In this document: positions 1 to 11,925 of the stretch, in pieces | How positions within the stretch are numbered: the first letter of the stretch is position 1 | Layout of the letters: the number at the start of each line of letters is the position of its first letter | DNA from: the human T2T-CHM13v2.0 reference genome, Homo sapiens | Assembly (NCBI RefSeq): GCF_009914755.1 | Contig: NC_060939.1 | Strand: one strand, 5' to 3' | DNA: 64,000 nucleotides | The notes under the pieces: model-generated | Databases searched by the model: none | What the model was told of the DNA's origin: nothing | The model's input: the letters and a program-made list of their open reading frames with translations, nothing else | Made by a program: the position numbers and the translations under genes

Positions 1-238
1 GGGTTGTGGGGTCTGTGGCGAGCCCGATTCTCCCTCTTGGGTGGCTACAGGCTAGAAATGAATATCGCTTCTTGGGCGGAGGGGCTTCCTTAGGCCATCA
101 CCGCTTGCGGGACTACCTCTCAAACCCTCCCTTGAGGCCACAAAATAGATTCCACCCCACCCATCGACGTTTCCCCCGGGTGCTGGATGTATCCTGTCAA
201 GAGACCTGAGCCTGACACCGTCGAATTAAACACCTTGA

Positions 239-445
<207 letters not shown>

Positions 446-518
446 CTCTTTCATTGGTTTTCACTGGAGATTCTAGATTCGAGCCACACCTCATTCCGTG
501 CCACAGAGAGACTTCTTT

Positions 519-3500
519 TTTTTTTTTTTTTTAAGCGCAACGCAACATGTCTGCCTTATTTGAGTGGCTTCCTATATCATTATAATTGTGTTATAGATGA
601 AGAAACGGTATTAAACACTGTGCTAATGATAGTGAAAGTGAAGACAAAAGAAAGGCTATCTATTTTGTGGTTAGAATAAAGTTGCTCAGTATTTAGAGCT
701 ACCTAAATACGTCAGCATTTACACTCTTCCTAGTAAAAGCTGGCCAATCTGAATAATCCTCCTTTAAACAAACACAATTTTTGATAGGGTTAAGATTTTT
801 TTAAGAATGCGACTCCTGCAAAATAGCTGAACAGACGATACACATTTAAAAAAATAACAACACAAGGATCAACCAGACTTGGGAAAAAATCGAAAACCAC
901 ACAAGTCTTATGAAGAACTGAGTTCTTAAAATAGGACGGAGAACGTAGCTATCGGAAGAGAAGGCAGTATTGGCAAGTTGATTGTTACGTTGGTCAGCAG
1001 TAGCTGGCACTATCTTTTTGGCCATCTTTCGGGCAATGTAACTACTACAGCAAAATGAGATATGATCCATGAAACAACATATTCGCAAATCAAAAAGTGT
1101 TTCAGTAATATAATGCTTCAGATTTAGAAGCAAATCAAATGATAGAACTCCACTGCTGTAATAAGTCACCCCAAAGATCACCGTATCTGACAAAATAACT
1201 ACCACAGGGTTATGACTTCAGAATCATACTTTCTCTTGATATTTACTTATGTATGTATTTATTTTTTTTAATTTATTTCTCTTGAGACGGCGTCTCGCTC
1301 TGTCGCCCAGGCTGGAGTGCGATGGTGTGATCTCGGCTCACTGCAACCGCCACCTCCCTGGGTTCAAGCGATTCTCCTGCCTCAGCCTCCCGAGTAGCTG
1401 GGACTACAGGTGCCCGCCACCACGCCCAGCTAATCTTTATACTTTTAATAGAGACGGGGTTTCACCGTGTCGGCCCGGATGGTCTCGATCTCTTGACCTC
1501 GTGACCCGCCCGCCTCGGCCTCCCAAAGTGCTGGGATGACAGGCGTGAGCCACTGAGCCCGGCCTTCTCTTGACGTTTAAACTATGAAGTCAGTCCAGAG
1601 AAACGCAATAAATGTCAACGGTGAGGATGGTGTTGAGGCAGAAGTAGGACCACACTTTTTCCTATCTTATTCAGTTGATAACAATATGACCTAGGTAGTA
1701 ATTTCCTATGTGCCTACTTATACACGAGTACAAAAGAGTAAAACAGAGAGACTGCTAAATTAAAGGGTACGTGAAGTTCTTCATAGTAACTCCGTAAACT
1801 GGAACACTGTCAAAAAGCAGCAGCTAGTGAATTGTTTCCATGTATTTTTCTATTATCCAATAAGTGAACTATGCTATTCCTTTCCAGTCTCCCAAGCACT
1901 TCTTGTCCCCATCACCACTTCGGTGCTCGAAGAAAAAGTAACAAATCAAGGAACACAACTAAAGAAACACACACACAAACCAAAGACAACTACAGCGTCT
2001 GCAAAAGTTTGCTAGAAGACTGAAACTGTTGAGTATAAGGATCTGGTATTCTACGATGATCATGAGTTCACTTCAGAGTTTGTTCAAGACATACGTTTCG
2101 TAAGGAAACATCTTAGTTAGAAGTTATTCAGCAGTAGGTACCATCCCTAAGTATTTTTCACCAAATTCGTGACAATAAAGAGCTATCTAACCAGAAAAAT
2201 TAGCGAGTACCGGCACCATCCATAGGGCTTTGTCTTTACGCTTCATTAGCACTTACCATGCCTTACAATGTCTAGGATTGACCCTGATAGCATTTCGAAA
2301 ACAAGCTAATGCTTTGTCCAGTTCTTCAGTGAAGACAAGCTCACGCCCTAATGCGCTATAGGCATAAGCATCATTTGGATCCACTTCGAGAGTTCTCTGG
2401 AAGAATTGAATCGCAATATCGTGTTCCCGTTGCAGACCGAAACAGTTCCCTGCAGCACACCAGGCCTCTGGCTGGCGAATTTTTATCCATGTCTGTGAAG
2501 TCTTTGGACAGAACTGAAAGAGCAACCTCTTTCGGAGGATGCCAAAGTGTTGTAGAGTAGATCTCCATGCCTTCGACTCTGTAATTCTCAATCCTCCTAA
2601 CCTCTGAGAATTGTCTTTCAGCTTGCGTGGACTCTGAAAGTTTACAATAGGCCCTTCCGATTTGGCACAGTACCCAACCGGTATTGCAGTGGTGAGAAGC
2701 TAGATGGCTCAAGATGCTGATAGCTTCTTTGCCGTGGTAAGAACACAAAGCTAAATAACCTTTCCCCCTTTCACGAAGAAGGCTCATCAAGCCTTCCGCT
2801 GCTGCTTTTTGTAGATTAAAAGCCTGAATCTGAGGCGCGATTGCGGCTATTTTCCCTTCTGAAATGACGGAAGAGTCCAATTTTGTCACTTCCAGGCTAT
2901 CACTTATGTTCGGTGGAGTTATTGCTCCTTTATTAGTTTTACTTTTGGTTCTTCTGTTTGGGATTTTAGGTGGAAACTTCATTTTTAATTTTCTCCTATT
3001 CTCCTCGGTTGTGGAGCTGTCACTAGTCAAGAGTCGTGAATTTCTTCGAGGCGGTGCATTTGGGGGAGATGCCATAGTGGGGCTCAATACCTGAGGTGTT
3101 GCCCTTGTCGGCGGACCAGAACTTTGTGTTTTTGCAAGGACTGGAGTTACCTTTCGGCTCTTTCCCCTCTGCGAGAAGACAGACGGTGTTCCGGTTTGGC
3201 CGATTCTGGCAACAGGCTTTTTTGAAGGGGCTCCGGTGGATGGCACGTCAATGACAGACGGTGTCTCATACCAGTGCAGTTTTGTCAATAGGGTCCGTCT
3301 CCGGGACTTGGGGTTTCTAATGGCAAAATGCCAACACTTGGGGTTAATGGACTAACAGCTGCTGGTCCTCCTAATAAACTTCGACCAGTTTTTGGTTTAT
3401 GTTGAACCTGTTTAGATCATATGGAAGTTCCTGTTCCCAGTGGGACAGTATCAGGTGAAAGGACAGCTGAATCGATAGAAGACACTGGGGAGTCTGTATT

Positions 3501-4313
3501 CAAGGAGTACTTTGAATTGGAAGATTCTAAATTCCATCCGTTTCATTCGACGGTGTCCTGGGGTGTTTCCGTAAGAACGGTCTCGGGCTGTCTGTGACAT
3601 AAACTAGGACGAGGTCCAAGTGTTGTGGCGCAACACTTGGACAGGCAGTTGCTAAAGCTCTCTAGAGAGGTGAATCAAAATGTTTGGTCAGGATCTGGCT
3701 TTTCCCCCCTATTTCACATCATGATTCAAAGGGACACCAGAGGAAAGGATTTCAACGAAGGCTCTTTTGGTCACATTCTGATCCTTTGGTAAGCCGATCT
3801 GTCTTGCAATATACATGTCCCGACGATGGAAGGGGAAAGCGAGCTGAATCACCAAACTCAGGAACGATAATATCATCGTGGCTTTTCTGCTTATGAAACA
3901 CTCCACCCGATAAGATTTGATCCCCTTCTGCAAGCTTGCTGAGATCAACACAACATTTCGCAAGCAGGCATTTGCATTGCGGGGTAGTACAACTGTGTCC
4001 TTTCAAGAGTCTATATGTTTTATAGGCCTTTCCTGAGCGGTAAGAACAGGTCGCCAGTAAGAACAAGGCTTCTTCTGAGTGTACTTCTGCATAAAGGCGT
4101 TCTGCGGGGGAAACCGCATCTCGGTAGGCATAGTGGTTTAGTGCTTGCCATATAGCAGCCTGGACGGGTCCCTGCAGCACCGCCATCCTCGAGGCTCAGG
4201 CCCACTTTCTGCAGTGCCACAGGCACCCCCCCCCCCATAGCGGCTCCGGCCCGGCCAGCCCCGGCTCATTTAAAGGCACCAGCCGCCGTTACCGGGGGAT
4301 GGGGGAGTCCGAG
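519..4313 (-). pseudogene. CDC27P: CDC27 (APC3) processed pseudogene: 5'UTR, frameshifted spliced CDS (ATG 4186 to 2257), putative intron read-through and poly(A)
   Basis: Minus-strand ORFs MAVLQGPVQAAIWQALNHYAYRDAV..., ...QIQAFNLQKAAAEGLMSLLRE... and ...EAWCAAGNCFGLQREHDIAIQFFQR match CDC27 (N-terminus, TPRs) in different frames with no introns. A cdc27 pseudogene is a known rDNA IGS feature. The outer boundaries are my inference from poly(T) 516-532 and a candidate TSD. Confidence 0.93.
1246..1564 (-). mobile_element. Full-length Alu (AluSc-like) inside the CDC27 retrocopy 3' region
   Basis: Both monomers present; GTCTCGATCTCTTGACCTCGTGA diagnostic; TSD TTCTCTTGATATTTA (1231-1245) / TTCTCTTGACGTTTA (1565-1579). 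Confidence 0.9.
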
Positions 4314-4838
4314 ACAGAATGACTTCTTTATCCTGCTGACTCTGGAAAGCCCGGCGCCTTGTGATCCATTGCAAACCGAGAGTCACCTCGTGTTTAGAAC
4401 ACGGATCCACTCCCAAGTTCAGTGGGGGGATGTGAGGGGTGTGGCAGGTAGGACGAAGGACTCTCTTCCTTCTGATTCGGTCTGCACAGTGGGGCCTAGG
4501 GCTGGAGCTCTCTCCGTGCGGACCGCTGACTCCCTCTACCTTGGGTTCCCTCGGCCCCACCCTGGAACGCCGGGCCTTGGCAGATTCTGGCCCTTCCTGG
4601 CCCTTCAGTCGCTGTCAGAAACCCCATCTCATGCTCGGATGCCCCGAGTGACTGTGGCTCGCACCTCTCCGGAAACATTGGAAATCTCTCCTCTACGCGC
4701 GGCCACCTGAAACCACAGGAGCTCGGGACACACGTGCTTTCGGGAGAGAATGCTGAGAGTCTCTTGCCGACTCTCTCTTGACTTGAGTTCTTCGTGGGTG
4801 CGTGGTTAAGACGTAGTGAGACCAGATGTATTAACTCA

Positions 4839-4995
4839 GGCCGGGTGCTGGTGGCTCACGCCTGTAACCCCAACACTTTGGGAGGCCGAGGCCGTAGGAT
4901 CCCTCGAGGAATCGCCTAACCCTGGGGAGGTTGAGGTTGCAGTGAGTGAGCCATAGTTGTGTCACTGTGCTCCAGTCTGGGCGAAAGACAGAATG
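4839..4995 (+). mobile_element. Alu monomer / internally deleted Alu
   Basis: GGCCGGGTGCTGGTGGCTCACGCCTGTAACCCCAACACTTTGGGAGGCCGAGG...GAGGTTGCAGTGAG. Confidence 0.8.
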
Positions 4996-5099
4996 AGGCC
5001 CTGCCACAGGCAGGCAGGCAGGCAGGCAGGCAGAAAGACAACAGCTGTATTATGTTCTTCTCAGGGTAGGAAGCAAAAATAACAGAATACAGCACTTAA

Positions 5100-5983
<884 letters not shown>

Positions 5984-6788
5984 GACCCCCCCTTTCCCCT
6001 TCCCCCGCTTGTCTTCCCGACAGACAGTTTCACGGCAGAGCGTTTGGCTGGCGTGCTTAAACTCATTCTAAATAGAAATTTGGGACGTCAGCTTCTGGCC
6101 TCACGGACTCTGAGCCGAGGAGTCCCCTGGTCTGTCTATCACAGGACCGTACACGTAAGGAGGAGAAAAATCGTAACGTTCAAAGTCAGTCATTTTGTGA
6201 TACAGAAATACACGGATTCACCCAAAACACAGAAAGCAGTCTTTTAGAAATGGCCTTAGCCCTGGTGTCCGTGCCAGTGATTCTTTTCGGTTTGGACCTT
6301 GACTGAGAGGATTCCCAGTCGGTCTCTCGTCTCTGGACGGAAGTTCCAGATGATCCGATGGGTGGGGGACTTAGGCTGCGTCCCCCCAGGAGCCCTGGTC
6401 GATTAGTTGTGGGGATCGCCTTGGAGGGCGCGGTGACCCACTGTGCTGTGGGAGCCTCCATCCTTCCCCCCACCCCCTCCCCAGGGGATCCCAATTCATT
6501 CCGGGCTGACACGCTCACTGGCAGGCGTCGGGCATCACCTAGCGGTCACTGTTACTCTGAAAACGGAGGCCTCACAGAGGAAGGGAGCACCAGGCCGCCT
6601 GCGCACAGCCTGGGGCAACTGTGTCTTCTCCACCGCCCCCGCCCCCACCTCCAAGTTCCTCCCTCCCTTGTTGCCTAGGAAATCGCCACTTTGACGACCG
6701 GGTCTGATTGACCTTTGATCAGGCAAAAACGAACAAACAGATAAATAAATAAAATAACACAAAAGTAACTAACTAAATAAAATAAGTC

Positions 6789-6937
6789 AATACAACCCAT
6801 TACAATACAATAAGATACGATACGATAGGATGCGATAGGATACGATAGGATACAATACAATACGATACGATACGATACAATACAATACAATACAATACAA
6901 TACAATACAATACAATACAATACAATACAATACAATA
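6789..6937 (+). repeat. (TACAA)n/(TACGA)n pentanucleotide microsatellite
   Basis: Seen directly. Confidence 0.95.
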
Positions 6938-7775
<838 letters not shown>

Positions 7776-8045
7776 TTAACTTCATTTTATGTTATTATCA
7801 TGATTGATGTTTCGAGACGGAGTCTCGGAGGCCCGCCCTCCCTGGTTGCCCAGACAACCCCGGGAGACAGACCCTGGCTGGGCCCGATTGTTCTTCTCCT
7901 TGGTCAGGGGTTTCCTTGTCTTTCTTCGTGTCTTTAACCCGCGTGGACTCTTCCGCTCGGGTTTGACAGATGGCAGCTCCACTTTAGGCCTTGTTGTTGT
8001 TGGGGACTTTCCTGATTCTCCCCAGATGTAGTGAAAGCAGGTAGA

Positions 8046-8080
8046 TTTGCCTTGCCTGGACTTGCCTGGCCTTGCCTTTT
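8046..8080 (+). promoter_or_regulatory. RGC (ribosomal gene cluster) p53 response element
   Basis: TGCCTTGCCTGGACTTGCCTGGCCTTGCCTT; half-sites GGACTTGCCT GGCCTTGCCT at 8058-8077 are the classical RGC p53 site. Confidence 0.9.
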
Positions 8081-8452
8081 CTTTCTTTCTTTCTTTATTA
8101 CTTTCTCTTTTTCTTCTTCTTCTTCTTCTTCTTCTTCTTCTTCTTCTTCTTCTTCTTCTTTTTTTTTTTGAGACAGAGTTTCACTCTTGTTGCCCAGGCT
8201 AGAGGGCAATGGTGCGATCTCGGCTCACCGCACCCTCCGCCTCCCAGGTTCAAGCGATTCTCCTGCCTCAGCCTCCTGATTAGCTGGGATTACAGGCATG
8301 GGCCACCGTGCCTGGCTGATGTTTGTACTTTTAGTAGAGACGGTGTTTTTCCATGTTGGTCAGGCTGGTCTCCCACTCCCAACCTCAGGTGGTCCGCCTG
8401 CCTTAGCCTCCCAAAGTGCTGGGATGACAGGCGTGAGCCACCGCGCCCAGCC
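8080..8452 (-). mobile_element. Antisense Alu (Sp/Sq-like) with (TTC)n-derived tail
   Basis: GAGACAGAGTTTCACTCTTGTTGCCCAGGC...GCCACCGCGCCCAGCC. Confidence 0.9.
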
Positions 8453-8453
8453 T

Positions 8454-8455
<2 letters not shown>

Positions 8456-8504
<49 letters not shown>

Positions 8505-9151
8505 CGCTTGCTTGCTTGCTTTCGTGCTTTCTTGCTTTCCCGTTTTCTTGCTTTCTTTCTTTCTTTCGTTTCTTTCATGCTTGCTTTCTTGCTTGCTTGC
8601 TTGCTTTCGTGCTTTCTTGCTTTCCTGTTTTCTTTTTCTTTCTTTCTTTCTTTCTTTCTTTTGTTTCTTTCTTGCTTGCTTTCTTGCTTGCTTGCTTGCT
8701 TTCGTGCTTTCTTGCTTTCCTGTTTTCTTTCTTTCTTTCTTTCTTTTGTTTCTTTCTTGCTTGCTTTCTTGCTTGCTTGCTTTCGTGCTTTCTTGTTTTC
8801 TCGATTTCTTTCTTTCTTTTGTTTCTTTCCTGCTTGCTTTCTTGCTTGATTGCTTTCGTGCTTTCTTGCTTTCTTGTTTTCTTTCTTTCTTTTGTTTCTT
8901 TCTTTCTTGCTTCCTTGTTTTCTTGCTTTCTTGCTTGCTTGCTTTCGTGCTTTCTTGTTTTCTTGCTTTCTTTCTTTTGTTTCTTTCTTGCTTGCTTTCT
9001 TGCTTCCTTGTTTTCTTGCTTTCTTGCTTGCTTGCTTTCGTGCTTTCTTTCTTGCTTTCTTTTCTTTCTTTCTTTTCTTTTTCTTTCTTTCTTGCTTTCT
9101 TTTCTTTCATTCATTCATTCTTTCTTTCTTTCCTTTCTTTCTTTCTTTCTT

Positions 9152-9198
<47 letters not shown>

Positions 9199-9199
9199 G

Positions 9200-9200
<1 letters not shown>
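8456..9200 (+). repeat. (CT)n followed by ~90-bp pyrimidine-rich repeats (CTTG/CTTT units with TTCGTGC core) and (CTTT)n
   Basis: TTCGTGC core at ~8521, 8606, 8701, 8782, 8855, 8944, 9037. Confidence 0.9.
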
Positions 9201-9501
<301 letters not shown>

Positions 9502-10580
9502 TGTTGACTCATTTCGCTTTTTTATTTCTTTCGTTTCCACGCGTTTACTTATATGTATTAATGTAAACGTTTCTGTACGCTTATATGCAAACAACGACAA
9601 CGTGTATCTCTGCGTTGAATACTCTTGCGTATGGTAAATACGTATCGGTTGTATGGAAATAGACTTCTGTATGATAGATGTAGGTGTTTGTGTTATACAA
9701 ATAAATACACATCGCTCTATAAAGAAGGGATCGTCGATAAAGACGTTTATTTTACGTATGAAAAGCGTCGTATTTATGTGTGTAAATGAACGAGCGTACG
9801 TAGTTATCTCTGTTTTCTTTCTTCCTCTCCTTCGTGTTTTTCTTCCTTCCTTTCTTCCTTTCTCTCCTTCTTTAGGTTTTTCTTCCTCTCTTCCTTTCCT
9901 TCTTTCTCTCTTTCTGTCCTTTTTTCCTTCGTGCTTTATTTCTCTTTCGTTCCCTGTGTTTCCTTCTTTTTTCTTTCCTCTCTGTTTCTTTTTCCCTTCT
10001 TTCCTTCGTTTCTTTCCTCATTCTTTCTCTCTTTTTCGTGTTTCTTTCCTTTCCGTCTGTCTTTTAAAAAATGGAGTGTTTCAGAAGTTTACTTTGTGTA
10101 TCTACGTTTTCTAAATTGTCTCTCTTTTCTCCATTTTCTTCCTCCCTCCCTCCCTCCCTCCCTCCCTGCTCCCTTCCCTCCCTCCTTCCCTTTCGCCATC
10201 TGTCTCTTTTCCCCACTCCCCTCCCCCCGTCTGTCTCTGCGTGGATTCCGGAAGAGCCTACGCATTCTGCCTCTCCGTGTGTCTGCAGCGACCCGCGACC
10301 GAGTCCTTGTGTGTTCTTTCTCCCTCCCTCCCTCCCTCCCTCCCTCCCTCCCTCCCTGCTTCCGAGAGGCATCTCCAAACACCCACGCGCCGTGGGTTGT
10401 CTTCTGACTCTGTCGCGGTCGAGGCAGAGACGCGTTTTGGGCACCGTTTGTGTGGGGTTGGGGCAGAGGGGCTGCGTTTTCGGCCTCGGGAAGAGCTTCT
10501 CGACTCACGGTTTCGCTTTCGCGGTCCACGGGCCGCCCTGCCAGCCGGATCTGTCTCGCTGACGTCCGCGGCGGTTGTCG

Positions 10581-10599
10581 GGCTCCATCTGGCGGCCGC
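10581..10599 (-). promoter_or_regulatory. CTCF motif upstream of the spacer promoter
   Basis: Minus strand GCGGCCGCCAGATGGAGCC matches the CTCF core; about -900 from the TSS, where CTCF binding is known in human rDNA. Confidence 0.7.
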
Positions 10600-10619
10600 T
10601 TTGAGATCGTGCTCTCGGC

Positions 10620-10800
10620 TTCCGGAGCTGCGGTGGCAGCTGCCGAGGGAGGGGACCGTCCCCGCTGTGAGCTAGGCAGAGCTCCGGAAAGCCCGCGGTC
10701 GTCAGCCCGGCTGGCCCGGTGGCGCCAGAGCTGTGGCGCGTCGCTTGTGAGTCACAGCTCTGGCGTGCAGGTTTATGTGGGGGAGAGGCTGTCGCTGCGC
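10620..10800 (+). promoter_or_regulatory. Probable Pol I spacer promoter region (approximate)
   Basis: Inferred from position only: between the CTCF motif and the Tsp Sal box, ~0.7-0.85 kb upstream of the TSS. Confidence 0.45.
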
Positions 10801-10802
10801 TT

Positions 10803-10825
10803 CTGGGCCCGCGGCGGGCGTGGGG
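10803..10825 (+). ncRNA. MIR6724: Sequence annotated as miR-6724
   Basis: CTGGGCCCGCGGCGGGCGTGGGG, recalled mature sequence; status as a real miRNA is doubtful. Confidence 0.55.
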
Positions 10826-10836
10826 CTGCCCGGGCC

Positions 10837-10846
10837 GGTCGACCAG
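10837..10846 (+). terminator. Spacer terminator Tsp (TTF1 Sal box)
   Basis: GGTCGACCAG at about -648. Confidence 0.75.
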
Positions 10847-11308
10847 CGCGCCGTAGCTCCCGAGGCCCGAGCCGCGACCCGCGGGGACCCGCCGCGCGTG
10901 GCGCGGGAGGCTGGGGACGCCCTTCCCGGCCCGGTCGCGGGTCCGCGCTCATCCTGGCCGTCTGAGGCGGCGGCCGAATTCGTTTCCGAGTCCCCGTGGG
11001 GAGCCGGGGACCGTCCCGCCCCCGTCCCCCGGGTGCCGGGGAGCGGTCCCCGGGCCGGGCCGCGGTCCCTCTGCCGCGATCCTTTCTGGCGAGTCCCCGT
11101 GCGGAGTCGGAGAGCGCTCCCTGAGCGCGCGTGCGGCCCGAGAGGTCGCGCCTGGCCGGCCTTCGGTCCCTCGTGTGTCCCGGTCGTAGGAGGGGCCGGC
11201 CGAAAATGCTTCCGGCTCCCGCTCTGGAGACACGGGCCGGCCCCCTGCGTGTGGCACGGGCGGCCGGGAGGGCGTCCCCGGCCCGGCGCTGCTCCCGCGT
11301 GTGTCCTG

Positions 11309-11319
11309 GGGTTGACCAG
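11309..11319 (+). terminator. Promoter-proximal terminator T0 (variant Sal box)
   Basis: GGGTTGACCAG at about -176, one mismatch to GGGTCGACCAG. Confidence 0.75.
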
Positions 11320-11328
11320 AGGGCCCCG

Positions 11329-11502
11329 GGCGCTCCGTGTGTGGCTGCGATGGTGGCGTTTTTGGGGACAGGTGTCCGTGTCGCGCGTCGCCTGGGCCGG
11401 CGGCGTGGTCGGTGACGCGACCTCCCGGCCCCGGGGGAGGTATATCTTTCGCTCCGAGTCGGCATTTTGGGCCGCCGGGTTATTGCTGACACGCTGTCCT
11501 CT
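11329..11502 (+). promoter_or_regulatory. 47S Pol I promoter (UCE + core), TSS at 11485
   Basis: GGAGGTATATCTTTCGCTCCGAGTCGGCATTTTGGGCCGCCGGGTTATT|GCTGACACGCTGTCC is the human rDNA promoter. Confidence 0.95.
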
Positions 11503-11914
11503 GGCGACCTGTCGCTGGAGAGGTTGGGCCTCCGGATGCGCGCGGGGCTCTGGCCTACCGGTGACCCGGCTAGCCGGCCGCGCTCCTGCTTGAGCCGCCT
11601 GCCGGGGCCCGCGGGCCTGCTGTTCTCTCGCGCGTCCGAGCGTCCCGACTCCCGGTGCCGGCCCGGGTCCGGGTCTCTGACCCACCCGGGGGCGGCGGGG
11701 AAGGCGGCGAGGGCCACCGTGCCCCCGTGCGCTCTCCGCTGCGGGCGCCCGGGGCGGCCGCGACAACCCCACCCCGCTGGCTCCGTGCCGTGCGTGTCAG
11801 GCGTTCTCGTCTCCGCGGGGTTGTCCGCCGCCCCTTCCCCGGAGTGGGGGGTTGGCCGGAGCCGATCGGCTCGCTGGCCGGCCGGCCGGCCTCCGCTCCC
11901 GGGGGGCTCTTCGT

Positions 11915-11925
11915 GATCGATGTGG
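11915..11925 (+). other. Conserved motif at the A'/01 pre-rRNA processing site
   Basis: GATCGATGTGG about +430 from the TSS. Confidence 0.7.

Noticed and set aside
2371-3288. 305-aa ORF as a functional CDC27
   Set aside because: Internal fragment bounded by frameshifts; homology is split over three frames and truncated
4214-4222. GTGCCACAG shared with 498-506 as the retrocopy TSD
   Set aside because: It lies within CDC27 5'UTR-like sequence and does not abut the poly(A); the 503-518/4314-4329 pair fits better
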